48,613 nt of DNA from Myxococcota bacterium. Its GTDB lineage: Bacteria > Myxococcota > UBA4151. Location of the stretch: positions 1 to 48,613 of the forward strand of contig JAYZBQ010000092.1 of assembly GCA_036338695.1 (NCBI GenBank), in the 5' to 3' direction. A program made the position numbers and the translations under genes. This document shows positions 29,633 through 39,273 of the stretch, piece after piece. The notes under the pieces were generated by a model that saw only the letters and a list, made by a program, of their open reading frames with translations, ran no database searches and was not told the origin of the DNA. Every line of letters starts with the position of its first letter. Within the stretch, counting starts at the first letter, position 1.

Positions 29633-30777
29633 TGCAGGGCGTCCACCACACCTTTGGCGAGCAGGTAGACGACCCCGCCGTTGCTGTACACCAGCGCCAA
29701 TCGAGCGCCGACCGCCGGCGTTGCGGAGAAGCCGTTGCCGGTATCCAAGCTCTGCAGACGCAACCCATCGTGAGCCCGGAGTAAGGTCATTGGGCCATCG
29801 TCCCGTCCAAACCACAGCACCCCGTTGCGCACCACCGGCTGTCCGGGCACGCCGCCGTCAAAGCGATACTTCCAAAGCGTCTTACCCTTGCTCCGGGTCA
29901 AGGCAGCGACGCGGCCGCGAGCGCCGATGTACACGCGCCCTTCGTCGACGCCGATGCGGTGCACCCCGCGCAGCTCCGGCCGCTTCCACACCAAACGTCC
30001 GTCGGCAAGCCGCAAGGCGAACACGCCACCGTTGTACGACGCGGTGTAGACCACGCCGCCCCACACAACCGGGCCCGCGTCGACGTCGGCGAAGTCCTCA
30101 CGCGTCTCGCCGAGTTGGCGCTCCCAGACGACCTCGCAGTCCCCCTCAGCGGGATCGTCGTGATACGCCGTCAGATGCCCCGCCGAGCTGCCTACGAGCA
30201 CCAGCCGCTGCGCGTCGCTACGATCTGCTTTCGGGAGCAAAACCGGCGTCGGCCGCGTGTGACCAAAGATGGTCACTTGATTTGGACGCCCGCCGTCTTC
30301 GTAGCGGTCACACGACCAGATCTCCGAGCCGTCACGCAGATCGATCACGATCAGCTGATCCAAGCCGGTCTGCAGGTAGATGCGCCCACGCTCGACCACC
30401 GGCGGTGCGGCGGGCTCGGTCCCGATGGGGAGCGCCCACACGGTGCTTCCGTTTTTGACCTGAAGTGCATGCAAGAACCCGTCATCGGCGGTCACCAAGA
30501 CCGCAGGCCCCCAAACCACCGGCTGACCGCTTACCCTACCGGGCAAGGTCCGCTTCCAGCGCACGGCGCCGGTGCCGATGGAGAGGGCGAGCAGCGAGCC
30601 GTCGTCTGTACCGACGACGACCAGCTTGTGCTCGGGTACGATCGTCGGTGCGCTGCGCTGCTCCTTGCTGGTCGACGCGTCCTGGACACGCCGGGTCCAC
30701 TGGACCCCCCAGCGATGGGCGCCGACCGGCTCAGGCTGCGCCTGGACCGCCGCGCTCATAAGCAGCGCACTGAGCAT
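29629..30777 (-). CDS. BamB-like PQQ beta-propeller protein
   Basis: Repeated ALx..G.vrW blades; DVDAGPV..VYTASYNG; lies downstream of a YfgM-like gene. Confidence 0.8.
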   Translation of the reverse strand: MLSALLMSAAVQAQPEPVGAHRWGVQWTRRVQDASTSKEQRSAPTIVPEHKLVVVGTDDGSLLALSIGTGAVRWKRTLPGRVSGQPVVWGPAVLVTADDGFLHALQVKNGSTVWALPIGTEPAAPPVVERGRIYLQTGLDQLIVIDLRDGSEIWSCDRYEDGGRPNQVTIFGHTRPTPVLLPKADRSDAQRLVLVGSSAGHLTAYHDDPAEGDCEVVWERQLGETREDFADVDAGPVVWGGVVYTASYNGGVFALRLADGRLVWKRPELRGVHRIGVDEGRVYIGARGRVAALTRSKGKTLWKYRFDGGVPGQPVVRNGVLWFGRDDGPMTLLRAHDGLRLQSLDTGNGFSATPAVGARLALVYSNGGVVYLLAKGVVDALQ

Positions 30778-31676
30778 CAGCCCGCCTTCTTACCGAGCAG
30801 GTTCAAGCCCTCGTCGGCGCGGAAGCGCTCGCTGCTCTGCTTGAGCTGCTCGTCGCTGGTGACCAACTCAAGCAGCTTGGCTGCCTCGTCCGGCTTGCTG
30901 CCGCGCCGATACATCGACGCCGCCTCGACGAAGAGTCCGGCGCTGTGGTCGCGCACCACCTTCAGGCGGGTGTCCAGCTCGGTCGAGGGTTTCACCTCCG
31001 CCGAGACCGCCAGCCGCTTGACCTCCTCGTGATACTCTTGAGCGATCGCTGCGAGCTTAGCCGCGCCATCAGCCGCTTTACCTTGCGCCTCAAGGGCGTG
31101 CGCCTGAAGCTCGAGGGCGCGCCGTCGAAACACCGTGTCTTTCGTCTCACCCGCCAAGAAAGCGTCCAGCTGCTTAGCTGCCTCGGCGCCGTCACCGGAC
31201 TGCAGCGCAACCGCTGCGAGGCCTAAGCGCGAAAAGTGTGCTGCGCCGCTGCCTTCGCCCTGGCTCAAGACCTTCGTGAAGGCGTCGGTCATCGCCTCAA
31301 GGCGCTCCTCATCCGACTCAAATTGCGGAGGCTGCAACGGATTATCAGCGTCCGCCTCAGCAGCGGGCTCCGCCGCCGAGTCCTTGACGATGCGCCCCTG
31401 CGCCGCCTGCGTCCCCTGCCGGAACAAGTCCGTGAGCTCACCATCGCTCGACGCCTGCCGTGACTCCTGCGTGGCGTAGATCCCGCCGCCGATGACCACC
31501 ACAGCGATGCTCGCCAGGATGAGGTTCTTGTTCCGTTTCAGGTTGTCTTCAACCTCGAGCGCCAGCGCCTGCTCCCGCGCCAGCGCATCCATGGACGCCT
31601 GCTCCTCGGCGGCGGTTTTGTCGCGCTGTTGGTTTTTGTAGCTGGTCGTCTTTCGCTTGATTTTTCCGATAGACAT
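30777..31676 (-). CDS. YfgM-like membrane-anchored TPR protein
   Basis: KRNKNLILASIAVVVIGGGIY TM followed by helical TPR-like repeats; GGAG RBS; coupled to the bamB-like gene. Confidence 0.7.
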   Translation of the reverse strand: MSIGKIKRKTTSYKNQQRDKTAAEEQASMDALAREQALALEVEDNLKRNKNLILASIAVVVIGGGIYATQESRQASSDGELTDLFRQGTQAAQGRIVKDSAAEPAAEADADNPLQPPQFESDEERLEAMTDAFTKVLSQGEGSGAAHFSRLGLAAVALQSGDGAEAAKQLDAFLAGETKDTVFRRRALELQAHALEAQGKAADGAAKLAAIAQEYHEEVKRLAVSAEVKPSTELDTRLKVVRDHSAGLFVEAASMYRRGSKPDEAAKLLELVTSDEQLKQSSERFRADEGLNLLGKKAG

Positions 31677-31766
31677 AGGTGGCAAACTCCTTCCAACCTC
31701 GCCCTACCCTAAAGGGTAGCCGGGTTGATCGAGCCCGCTGCTTATGGAGTGCATACCGCCTTGTCA

Positions 31767-32393
31767 ATGACAGCTTACCTCTCGGTCGACGGTCCGCTGG
31801 ATCAGCCTCAGGTCGTGTGGGCGGCGGAACACTTTTCGATTCTGTTCAAACCGCCCGGTATGGCGGTTCAACCGGACGCCCGCGGCGACCTTGACCTCGC
31901 AACATGGTATCAAGCCGACTGCGCCGTCGTCGGGCGGCTTGATCGGCCGGTGTCCGGGCTGGTTTTAGTCGCCACGACCGCCGAAGGCAGGACGCGCCTG
32001 CAGACGGCGCAGAGCGAGCGAAAACTGACCAAAATCTATCGAGCCCGGCTCAGCGCCGGCGCGCCGCGCCTGCCCGCTCGTCTCGAACATGGCTGGCGGT
32101 TCGAGCGCGGGCTGGCGCATGCGACACCCTTGGGCGCGCCGCGCACCAAACCCATGCGCACGCAGGTGCTCGAGCAGACCACCGCTTGGGTCGAGCTTCA
32201 GCTGATCACCGGGCGACGACACCAGCTCCGAGTCCAGCTCGCCGCCCACGGCTGTCCGATCCTCGGTGACCGCCGCTACGGGGGGGTACGATCCGACCGC
32301 GTCCATCTCGCCAGCGTCGGAATCGGCTTGCCGGGGCTGCCCGTTTACCGGCTGGACGAGGCGACGCTCACGCGACTGGGTCTGGCAGGCTAA
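31767..32393 (+). CDS. RluA family pseudouridine synthase (no S4 domain)
   Basis: FKPPGMAVQ, GRLDRPVSGL, KIYRA, TGRRHQLRVQLA..PILGDRRYG, HLAS; start site uncertain. Confidence 0.85.
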   Translation: MTAYLSVDGPLDQPQVVWAAEHFSILFKPPGMAVQPDARGDLDLATWYQADCAVVGRLDRPVSGLVLVATTAEGRTRLQTAQSERKLTKIYRARLSAGAPRLPARLEHGWRFERGLAHATPLGAPRTKPMRTQVLEQTTAWVELQLITGRRHQLRVQLAAHGCPILGDRRYGGVRSDRVHLASVGIGLPGLPVYRLDEATLTRLGLAG

Positions 32394-33159
32394 AGAGCCG
32401 CTGCGCGTTGCGCGCCGTCTGCAACCTGAGCGCGTCGGTACCCACGCCTTTCAGTTCAGCCAGCAGCTGCGCGGTGTGCGCGACATAAGCCGGCTCGTTC
32501 TTGCGCCCTCGCACCGGTACGGGCGCTAGATAAGGGCAGTCCGTCTCGACCATCATCCGCTCAAGCGGCACCTCGAGCGCGACGGCGCGCAGATCGCCTG
32601 CGCTTTTGAACGTCACGATCCCCGAGAAGCTCACCATCAGACCGCGCGCTAAACCCTCCTCGGCGTTAGCGAGCGTCCCGGTAAAACAATGCAGCACCCC
32701 ACCCGCTGGCGGCAAACCGACCTCATCGAGGATGGGATAAAAGTCCTCGTAGGCTTCGCGGATGTGAAACACGACCGGCTTGTTGAGCTCATTGGCGAGC
32801 TCAAGGAACTGGCGCAGAGCGAGGCGCTGATCGGCGCGTGGTGCGTGGTCGTAGTAGTAGTCGAGACCGGTCTCACCGATGCCCACCACTTTAGGGTGCG
32901 CCGCCAACCGGCGCACCAAGGCGAGCACCTCGCGCGCATCGAACCCCTCACCGACATCGTGGGGGTGGACGCCCAAGGTACAAAACACCTCGGGATAGCG
33001 ATCGATCAGCTCCATCGCCTCGTGGCACGCTGAGGTGTCACCGCCGGCGCCGATGTGCACCAAGTGGGTCAGCCCCGCGTCGAGCGCGCGCTGCACCAGC
33101 GCGTCGACCTCCTCACCGAAGTTGCTCGGTCCGATGTGGCAGTGGCTGTCGATAAACAT
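32368..33159 (-). CDS. tatD: TatD family deoxyribonuclease
   Basis: MFIDSHCH, GVHPH, GETGLDY, FHIREA, LHCFTG, ETDCPYLAP; GGAG RBS. Confidence 0.95.
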   Translation of the reverse strand: MFIDSHCHIGPSNFGEEVDALVQRALDAGLTHLVHIGAGGDTSACHEAMELIDRYPEVFCTLGVHPHDVGEGFDAREVLALVRRLAAHPKVVGIGETGLDYYYDHAPRADQRLALRQFLELANELNKPVVFHIREAYEDFYPILDEVGLPPAGGVLHCFTGTLANAEEGLARGLMVSFSGIVTFKSAGDLRAVALEVPLERMMVETDCPYLAPVPVRGRKNEPAYVAHTAQLLAELKGVGTDALRLQTARNAQRLFSLPDPVA

Positions 33160-33184
33160 GGCCTCGCTCCTGCGGCCTTGTGCC

Positions 33185-34432
33185 TTACGCGAGCAGATCG
33201 AGCCAGCGCGGTTGTGCGCTTCGGCGCGCACGCGCCTTGCGCTGCGGCGTCTCCCACGAGGGCAGCTGATCTTCCGACCACATCGTCGCTGCGCCGATGA
33301 GCGCACAGTCTCCGGGCTCGTTGAGCAGGGTCCCGAGGCCTTGCTGTTCGGTCGGTTTCGCTACGCGTACGGGCACCGACAGGAGGCGCTCAGCCAGATC
33401 GCACAACCCGCGCAGGCGCGCCCCGTTGCCCGTCAGGACGAGCCCTGCGCTCAGCTGCTGCGCCATCCCCGACTCGGCGACCAAACGCGCCAAGCGGCTG
33501 AGCAGCTCGCTGAGCGGGCTCTCCATCGCCTCGGCGAATAGGCGAGGACAGAGCTGCCGAGCGTCGCGCAAACCGATCGTCTCGACGCGTACCGGCTCGC
33601 GCTTCGGAGCCCCTAGGTTGGAGGCATAGGCGTGTTCATGCTTGATCTGCTCGGCGTCGCGGCGAGGGATCAGAAGCCCTTGAGACAGCGCGTGCGTCAG
33701 CCCGTCGGCGCCGCCGCGCTCACACCGTGCGCTGACCAGCGCGCCTTGAGCGTAGATGGCGGCTGTCGTCGTCTGCCCACCGAGCTCGAGCAAGGCGACG
33801 CCAGCGCTGCGCTCATCGCTCGTCAGCGCACCCTGCGCCGCTGCCATGGCGCTCGAGCAGACCGCCTCCACCTGCAGCTTGGCTGCTTGGACAGCGCGCA
33901 CGAGGTTATCGAGCGTCGCCTCACAGTAGGAGACATGCTGCACGTCGACCTCGAGGCGCTGCCCTTTGAGCGCGTGAGGGCGCTCACGATAGACGCGCCC
34001 ATCGAGCCGAAAGTTCTTCACCGCTTCATGCACGAGCCGGTGGCGGCGTCGATCGAAGCGCTCACGCGCCACGTCCTCGGCCCGCCGACAATCTTTCGGT
34101 TGAACCACGCTGCCGCCAACGCTGGCGACGCCCGAGGCGCTGCACACGGACAACGAAGGATGTGTCACCATCAACACCACGCGGCTGACGCGCAGGTCGG
34201 ACATCAGCTCGAGCTGGTGCATGAGCGCTTCAATCTCGGCGCTCAGCGTACGCAGATCGATGACTGCGCCGGCGCCGATCCCTCGCGCACGGCGGCGCGC
34301 AATCCCACGCACCTCCAGCGACTGAGCGTCGCGCCCGCAGTCAAAGATGGCGGCGCGTAAGGTGTGGCTTCCGAGGTCCAAGACACAGACCTGATCTCGA
34401 TGCCGGCTCAATTTTCGCGTTGGGGACAGCAC
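33185..34432 (-). CDS. ftsA: FtsA-like cell division ATPase (divergent, orphan)
   Basis: LDLGS, SHS2-type insert (FRLDG..GQRLEVDV), ELGGQTT, AEQIK, GLVLTGNGA, C-terminal amphipathic RWLDLLA. Confidence 0.8.
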   Translation of the reverse strand: MLSPTRKLSRHRDQVCVLDLGSHTLRAAIFDCGRDAQSLEVRGIARRRARGIGAGAVIDLRTLSAEIEALMHQLELMSDLRVSRVVLMVTHPSLSVCSASGVASVGGSVVQPKDCRRAEDVARERFDRRRHRLVHEAVKNFRLDGRVYRERPHALKGQRLEVDVQHVSYCEATLDNLVRAVQAAKLQVEAVCSSAMAAAQGALTSDERSAGVALLELGGQTTTAAIYAQGALVSARCERGGADGLTHALSQGLLIPRRDAEQIKHEHAYASNLGAPKREPVRVETIGLRDARQLCPRLFAEAMESPLSELLSRLARLVAESGMAQQLSAGLVLTGNGARLRGLCDLAERLLSVPVRVAKPTEQQGLGTLLNEPGDCALIGAATMWSEDQLPSWETPQRKARARRSAQPRWLDLLA

Positions 34433-34596
34433 GCTGACAATACTCCGAGGTCTTGACAGGCTAGGCCTCGCTGGCCGCTTGACAAGAGGCTTACTCAGAG
34501 AATTTTACTTAAACCTTATTTTTATAAGAAAAAATAAATCACTAGACCGCTTTAGTTCGTGTCAATTTTTAGCTCAACCTCAGCCTAAAGTCGAAC

Positions 34597-34614
34597 CTGT
34601 GAACATTTGTACAG
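34597..34614 (-). promoter_or_regulatory. LexA-box-like imperfect palindrome upstream of ftsA-like gene
   Basis: CTGTGAACATTTGTACAG; AT-rich tract at about 34500-34540 and minus-strand TTGACA at 34560-34565 nearby. Confidence 0.4.
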
Positions 34615-34620
34615 CAACAC

Positions 34621-36690
34621 CTAACGACGCACCTGACCGCTGCCGAACACCTGATATTTGTAGGTGCAGAGCTCGGCGAGACCCATCGGCCCCCGCGCGT
34701 GCAACCGGTTGGTGCTGATACCGACCTCAGCGCCCAAGCCGAAGCAGCCGCCGTCGGTAAAACGCGTTGAGGCGTTGTGGTACACAGCAGCTGAGTCGAC
34801 CTCCGCCAGATAGCGCTGAGCAGCCAAGGTATCCTCGGCGACGATGGCGTCCGAATGCTCCGAGCTGTGCCGCTGCGTTAGCTCGATCGCCTCGTCGAGG
34901 TCATCGACCACCCGCACGGCGAGTACGAGCTCAAGATATTCGGTGTCCCAGTCTTGGTCCATCGCCGGGACGCCGCCTGGCAGATGCGGAAGGGCGCGCG
35001 GGCAGCCGCGCAGCTCGACGCCGCGTGCGGCGAGATCGGATGCGATCTCGGGGAGCCACTCGGCAGCGACCGCTCGGTCAATGAACAGGTTCTCAATCGC
35101 GTTACAGACACCCGGTCGCTGAGTCTTTGCGTTCACGATGATGGAGCGAGCCATCGCACGATCCGCCGACTCGTGGACATACACGGAGCATAACCCCTTG
35201 TCGTGTTTAACCACCGGGATCCGGCTCTGCGCCCTCACCGCACGGATCAAGCCAGGCCCGCCGCGCGGCACCACCAGCGGAATCCCCTCCTCGTGCACGA
35301 GCAGGTGTTTGACGAGCTGGCGATCCTGCACCGGCACCAACTGCACGAGGTCCGGCTGCAAACCGACCCCTTCGAGCCCCTCTCGTAGCGCCTGGACGAG
35401 CGCTCGGCTGGTTCGAAGCGCCTCTTTACCGCCTCGCAGGATCACCGCGTTCCCGCTGCGAAGGCATAGACCCGCCGCATCGACCGTGACATTGGGGCGG
35501 CTCTCATAGATCACCGCGACCACGCCGATCGGGACGGCGACCTTGCGCAAGGTGAGCCCGGCTTCAATCCGGCGCTCGTCGAGGACCCGGCCGACGGGGT
35601 CAGGAAGCCCTCCAACGGCTCGCAAATCTGCGATCACGGACGTCAACCGAGCGTCGTCGAGCAAGAGACGATCCATCAGCGCGCTCGATAGCCCCACCTG
35701 CTCACCCTCACGCCGATCCTCCGCATTGGCGCGCACGATGGCGCCACGAGCGCGCTCAAGCGCTTGCGCCATCGCCTCGATCGCTGCGGTCTTTTGGTGA
35801 TCGCTCAAGCGCGCTGCCTGACGAGCAGCGGGCTGAGCCGCTGCCACCACGTCTGCAGCCATGGCGGGGAGATCCACGGGATCAAGCCCCTGCGCCAGCT
35901 CGGCGCCTCGTGCTGCCGTCGCCCCCAACACCTGCTGCATTAATGCGTCTGGGCCGTGCTGGTCCATGACCCGCAGACCGGCTTCCGTCATCCCCGCTTT
36001 GCTGGTCACTGCGCGCCGCAGCGCCGCCGCGTCGCCGCCCTGATCTTCGAGCAGCTCGATCGCCCCAGCGACGGTCTGTCGGACCAGCCGCTCAGCGTCG
36101 GCAGGGTCAAAGCCCTGCTGCCTCGCAGCGCCCTCAAAAGCCTCGATAAAGCGATACACAAAGGCGGGGCCGCTGCCGCTAACCGACGTCAGCGAGTCCA
36201 TCCGCGCCTCGTCCACCCAGAACACCTCGCCCAGGCGGGCGAGCAGCTCGCCCACAGCGGCGCGAGACGCCGGGCTCAGGCGCTGACCGGCGCTCGCACC
36301 GACGACCCCTCGCCCGAGCGCTACGGGCGTGTTCGGCATGACCCGCACCAGCTCAACCGGCGCCTCGATCAGCGCAGCCAACTCCTCGATCGGCAGCCCC
36401 GCCAGCATCGAGATGACCACCTGTCCCTCGCGAAACGCCCCTTGGACAGGCAACAGGCTCATAGCGGCGACCTGAGGCTTCATCCCGAGAAAGATGATGT
36501 CGCTCTCGGCGATGAGGTATTCGCCGCTCGGCGCACGCGCCGGCAGCCCGAGCTCAGCGGCGCGTCCTGCCATCCGATCCGTCGGGTTGTACCACTTCAT
36601 GCGCGCAGATGGGTACCCGCTGCCCATCAAGCCTCGGGCGATCGCCGAGCTCATCGTGCCAAAACCTAAAAAACCGATCGTCGCTTCCAT
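34621..36690 (-). CDS. proC-proA: fused pyrroline-5-carboxylate reductase (ProC) / gamma-glutamyl phosphate reductase (ProA)
   Basis: N-half GFGTM, MKPQ, RVMPNTP, SGSGPAF; C-half IYESRPNVT, LRGGKEA, PGVCNAIE, NASTRFTDG, LHARGPMGL; a single 689-aa frame. Confidence 0.92.
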   Translation of the reverse strand: MEATIGFLGFGTMSSAIARGLMGSGYPSARMKWYNPTDRMAGRAAELGLPARAPSGEYLIAESDIIFLGMKPQVAAMSLLPVQGAFREGQVVISMLAGLPIEELAALIEAPVELVRVMPNTPVALGRGVVGASAGQRLSPASRAAVGELLARLGEVFWVDEARMDSLTSVSGSGPAFVYRFIEAFEGAARQQGFDPADAERLVRQTVAGAIELLEDQGGDAAALRRAVTSKAGMTEAGLRVMDQHGPDALMQQVLGATAARGAELAQGLDPVDLPAMAADVVAAAQPAARQAARLSDHQKTAAIEAMAQALERARGAIVRANAEDRREGEQVGLSSALMDRLLLDDARLTSVIADLRAVGGLPDPVGRVLDERRIEAGLTLRKVAVPIGVVAVIYESRPNVTVDAAGLCLRSGNAVILRGGKEALRTSRALVQALREGLEGVGLQPDLVQLVPVQDRQLVKHLLVHEEGIPLVVPRGGPGLIRAVRAQSRIPVVKHDKGLCSVYVHESADRAMARSIIVNAKTQRPGVCNAIENLFIDRAVAAEWLPEIASDLAARGVELRGCPRALPHLPGGVPAMDQDWDTEYLELVLAVRVVDDLDEAIELTQRHSSEHSDAIVAEDTLAAQRYLAEVDSAAVYHNASTRFTDGGCFGLGAEVGISTNRLHARGPMGLAELCTYKYQVFGSGQVRR

Positions 36691-36712
36691 GGCTTACCTC
36701 TTTCGTCCTCGC

Positions 36713-37072
36713 TTACGCGACGGGCGTTGCGTCCCCTCGGCGGGACTGCGCCCAGACCGCCAGCCCGACCACAACCCCCGCCCCGATCACATCGGCGACC
36801 CAGTCCAGCCACTCGGCGCTGCGCCCGAGCACGAGCGTCCCCTGCATCACCTCGGTCGCTGCTCCATGCAGCGCGCAGACGATCAGCGCCCAGCGAGCCC
36901 GCCCAGGCCACCCGACGAGGAACAACCCCGCCATGGCGCCCCACAACACCATATGGATCAGTTTGTCGAGATGAGGAATCTGCGGGCCGTCCGGCGCAGG
37001 CGCCAGTGCCAGATACAGGATCAGCGCCATGTACGCCACGGTGGCGGCGCGACCGACGCCCCTAAGCTGCAT
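36713..37072 (-). CDS. VanZ family membrane protein
   Basis: DKLIH, TEVMQ, GRSAEWLDWVADVIG. Confidence 0.85.
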   Translation of the reverse strand: MQLRGVGRAATVAYMALILYLALAPAPDGPQIPHLDKLIHMVLWGAMAGLFLVGWPGRARWALIVCALHGAATEVMQGTLVLGRSAEWLDWVADVIGAGVVVGLAVWAQSRRGDATPVA

Positions 37073-38414
37073 GGGTGATGACCTGCTCACCTCTCAGCGT
37101 GTGATGACCTGCCTCGGTAATCCGCACGCTCACGAGGTCACCGACCTCGGCCTCGCCCACAAAGTTGACCATACGGTGCTCCGGCGTCCGGCCCCGCAGG
37201 ACCTCCGGGTCGCGTGCGCTCGGCCCGAGCACCAAGACCTCTTGGGTGCGCCCGACGCACTCCGCGAGCAGCTCGCGCGTGATGCGGTCCTGGACGGCGT
37301 TGAGGTGGACCAGACGCCGCCTGCGCTCTTGAGCCGGGACCGAGTCGGCGAAGCTTGCGGCGCGCGTCCCGGGGCGCTCCGAATAGGCGAAGCTAAACAC
37401 CGAGTCGTAGCGGACCTCTTCCATCAGGCTGATCGTCTCAAGGAACTCCTCCTCGGTCTCACCAGGGAAGCCAACGATCAGGTCGCTGGTGAGCGAGAGG
37501 CCAGGGCGCGCCGCTCGGAGCGCCGCCATCTTCTCGAGGTAGGTCGCCCGGGTGTAGCCTCGGTTCATCAGGCGCAGGATACGGTCTGAGCCGCTCTGCA
37601 CGGGCATGTGAATGTAGGGCTGAACTTTGGGCTGCGTTCGGAAGGCGTCGAGCAGGTCCTCGTGCACGTCTTTGGGATAGCCGGTCATAAATCGAACGCG
37701 ATGCAACCCTTGGACCTCAGCAATCCGGAGCAAGAGCTCGGCGAAACGCGGCTCCCCCTCTTTGCGGTTCTTCAGATTGTAGGAGGTGACCGTTTGTCCG
37801 AGCAAGGTCACCTCTCGGATCCCGTGGCGCTCGACCAACATGCGCACCTCGTCGACGATCTGCTGAGCCGGTCGGTACAGCTCACGGCCCTTGACGTAGG
37901 GCACGATGCAGTAGGTGCAGAACTTGTTGCAGCCCTTCATGATCTTGACGAAGGCGTGCGTCCCTTCCATCCGCCGCTGCGGACGAATCGGCAGAAAATC
38001 AAACTCGTCCGCCTTGCGCCACTCGGTCGCCGCGACGCGCACGCGGTGCGCTGAGATCCGGCTAACCATATCGGGCAATTCAGCGAGCTGATCGGTGCCA
38101 AAGACCAAGTCGAGGTGCCGGCAACGCTCGAGCAAGTCGTTGCCCATACCCTGCGCCACACATCCACCGACAGCGAGAATGCGCGTGGGGTCTGCCTCGC
38201 GCCATTCCCTCAAGCGGCCGAGCTCCGAGAACAGCTTCTGGTCCGCTTTGTCACGCACCGAGCAGGTGTTGAGGATCACCAGATCCGCTGAGAGTTTGTC
38301 CGTCGTGCCCTCAAAGCCGACAGGCTCGAGCAGCTCAACCATGCGGTCGGAGTCATGGCTGTTCATCTGACAACCGTAGGTCACCACATGCACGCGTCGT
38401 TTTTCGGACTCCAT
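37062..38414 (-). CDS. miaB: tRNA i6A37 methylthiotransferase
   Basis: TYGCQMN, NTCSVR, GGCVAQ, GCNKFCTYCIVP, DLIVGFPGET, C-terminal TRAM domain. Confidence 0.96.
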   Translation of the reverse strand: MESEKRRVHVVTYGCQMNSHDSDRMVELLEPVGFEGTTDKLSADLVILNTCSVRDKADQKLFSELGRLREWREADPTRILAVGGCVAQGMGNDLLERCRHLDLVFGTDQLAELPDMVSRISAHRVRVAATEWRKADEFDFLPIRPQRRMEGTHAFVKIMKGCNKFCTYCIVPYVKGRELYRPAQQIVDEVRMLVERHGIREVTLLGQTVTSYNLKNRKEGEPRFAELLLRIAEVQGLHRVRFMTGYPKDVHEDLLDAFRTQPKVQPYIHMPVQSGSDRILRLMNRGYTRATYLEKMAALRAARPGLSLTSDLIVGFPGETEEEFLETISLMEEVRYDSVFSFAYSERPGTRAASFADSVPAQERRRRLVHLNAVQDRITRELLAECVGRTQEVLVLGPSARDPEVLRGRTPEHRMVNFVGEAEVGDLVSVRITEAGHHTLRGEQVITHAA

Positions 38415-38484
38415 CTCGTCCCCCTAAAGGCGCTGACGCGCCCCGCCTACCTCAAGCCAGCCTCGGATGCAGCAAAAACTCGGG

Positions 38485-39081
38485 TCACTTGCGCGCCCGC
38501 CGTCGAACTGCACGCACGATGTCTGGGATGGCGCGCGTGTTCCCTAAATGCGCGAGCCACAAAGGCACCGAGCCCCCCGGGTTGGTGCGCAGTCGGTAGA
38601 TGGCTTGGGTGGCGCGCCCGTTATCGACCGACGTGAGCTCCCACGACCCTTCGACGACCTCCACCCGGACAACGCCCGCCTTAGGGCGTGGACCTGCTGC
38701 GTTATCTTGCTCAAATCGAATGAACCAGGGCGCTCCCTGACGCCCCCGAGTCATCGTGAACTTTAGGGTGTAGTCGCGGCTCGAGACCACCGGCGTTTTC
38801 GTGCGACAATACTGCCAGACATGAGCGGCCGTGCTGCGAACCAGCCTGCTCTCGCTCATATAGGGCATGAACTCCTGATACCGAGCCACGTCCGCCAGCA
38901 CCGCCCAGACTCGACTGATGGGCGCACGAATAACCCCCAACGCAATCGTCTCGCCCTGCCCAGCGCTCCGGTCGATTCGCGCCCGGACAGTGATACCGTC
39001 TTGGGTGCTGGCCACCTGTTTCCAGGCGTCGCTGGCCTCCAATTTTGCGCCAAACAGAAGCGTAAAGAGCACCCATCTCAA
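38485..39081 (-). CDS. START/SRPBCC family protein, secreted
   Basis: Signal peptide; WKQV..DGITV, YQEFMPYM, PVVSSRDY, NPGGSVPLW. Confidence 0.82.
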   Translation of the reverse strand: MRWVLFTLLFGAKLEASDAWKQVASTQDGITVRARIDRSAGQGETIALGVIRAPISRVWAVLADVARYQEFMPYMSESRLVRSTAAHVWQYCRTKTPVVSSRDYTLKFTMTRGRQGAPWFIRFEQDNAAGPRPKAGVVRVEVVEGSWELTSVDNGRATQAIYRLRTNPGGSVPLWLAHLGNTRAIPDIVRAVRRRARK

Positions 39082-39165
39082 GGCCCAAAAACCCCCTTCT
39101 TTCCGTGCCTATACCTGGAATTGGACCATCGCACGATACCTAGAGACCAACCCACAAATGATAAT

Positions 39166-39184
39166 GATAATGATTTTCATTATT
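39166..39184. promoter_or_regulatory. Fur box 1
   Basis: GATAATGATTTTCATTATT, 16/19 match to GATAATGATAATCATTATC; an extra GATAAT hexamer at 39160. Confidence 0.88.
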
Positions 39185-39222
39185 GACACGCCGGCAACCC
39201 TGGCGCACCTGACCACCGTGTT

Positions 39223-39241
39223 GATAATGATTCTCAATATA
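39223..39241. promoter_or_regulatory. Fur box 2, overlapping a TATAAT -10 hexamer (39238-39243)
   Basis: GATAATGATTCTCAATATA, 15/19 match; AAGGAG RBS follows. Confidence 0.82.
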
Positions 39242-39273
39242 ATGTCTGCTAAATAGAAAAAGGAGCATAAGAC

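Noticed and set aside
29235..31032. Long plus-strand ORFs (407 and 357 aa)
   Set aside because: Arg/Pro-rich antisense frames over the receiver, bamB-like and yfgM-like genes; expected in high-GC DNA
34479..34718. 79-aa plus-strand ORF in the AT-rich intergenic region
   Set aside because: No RBS, atypical composition, and overlaps the proA end antisense
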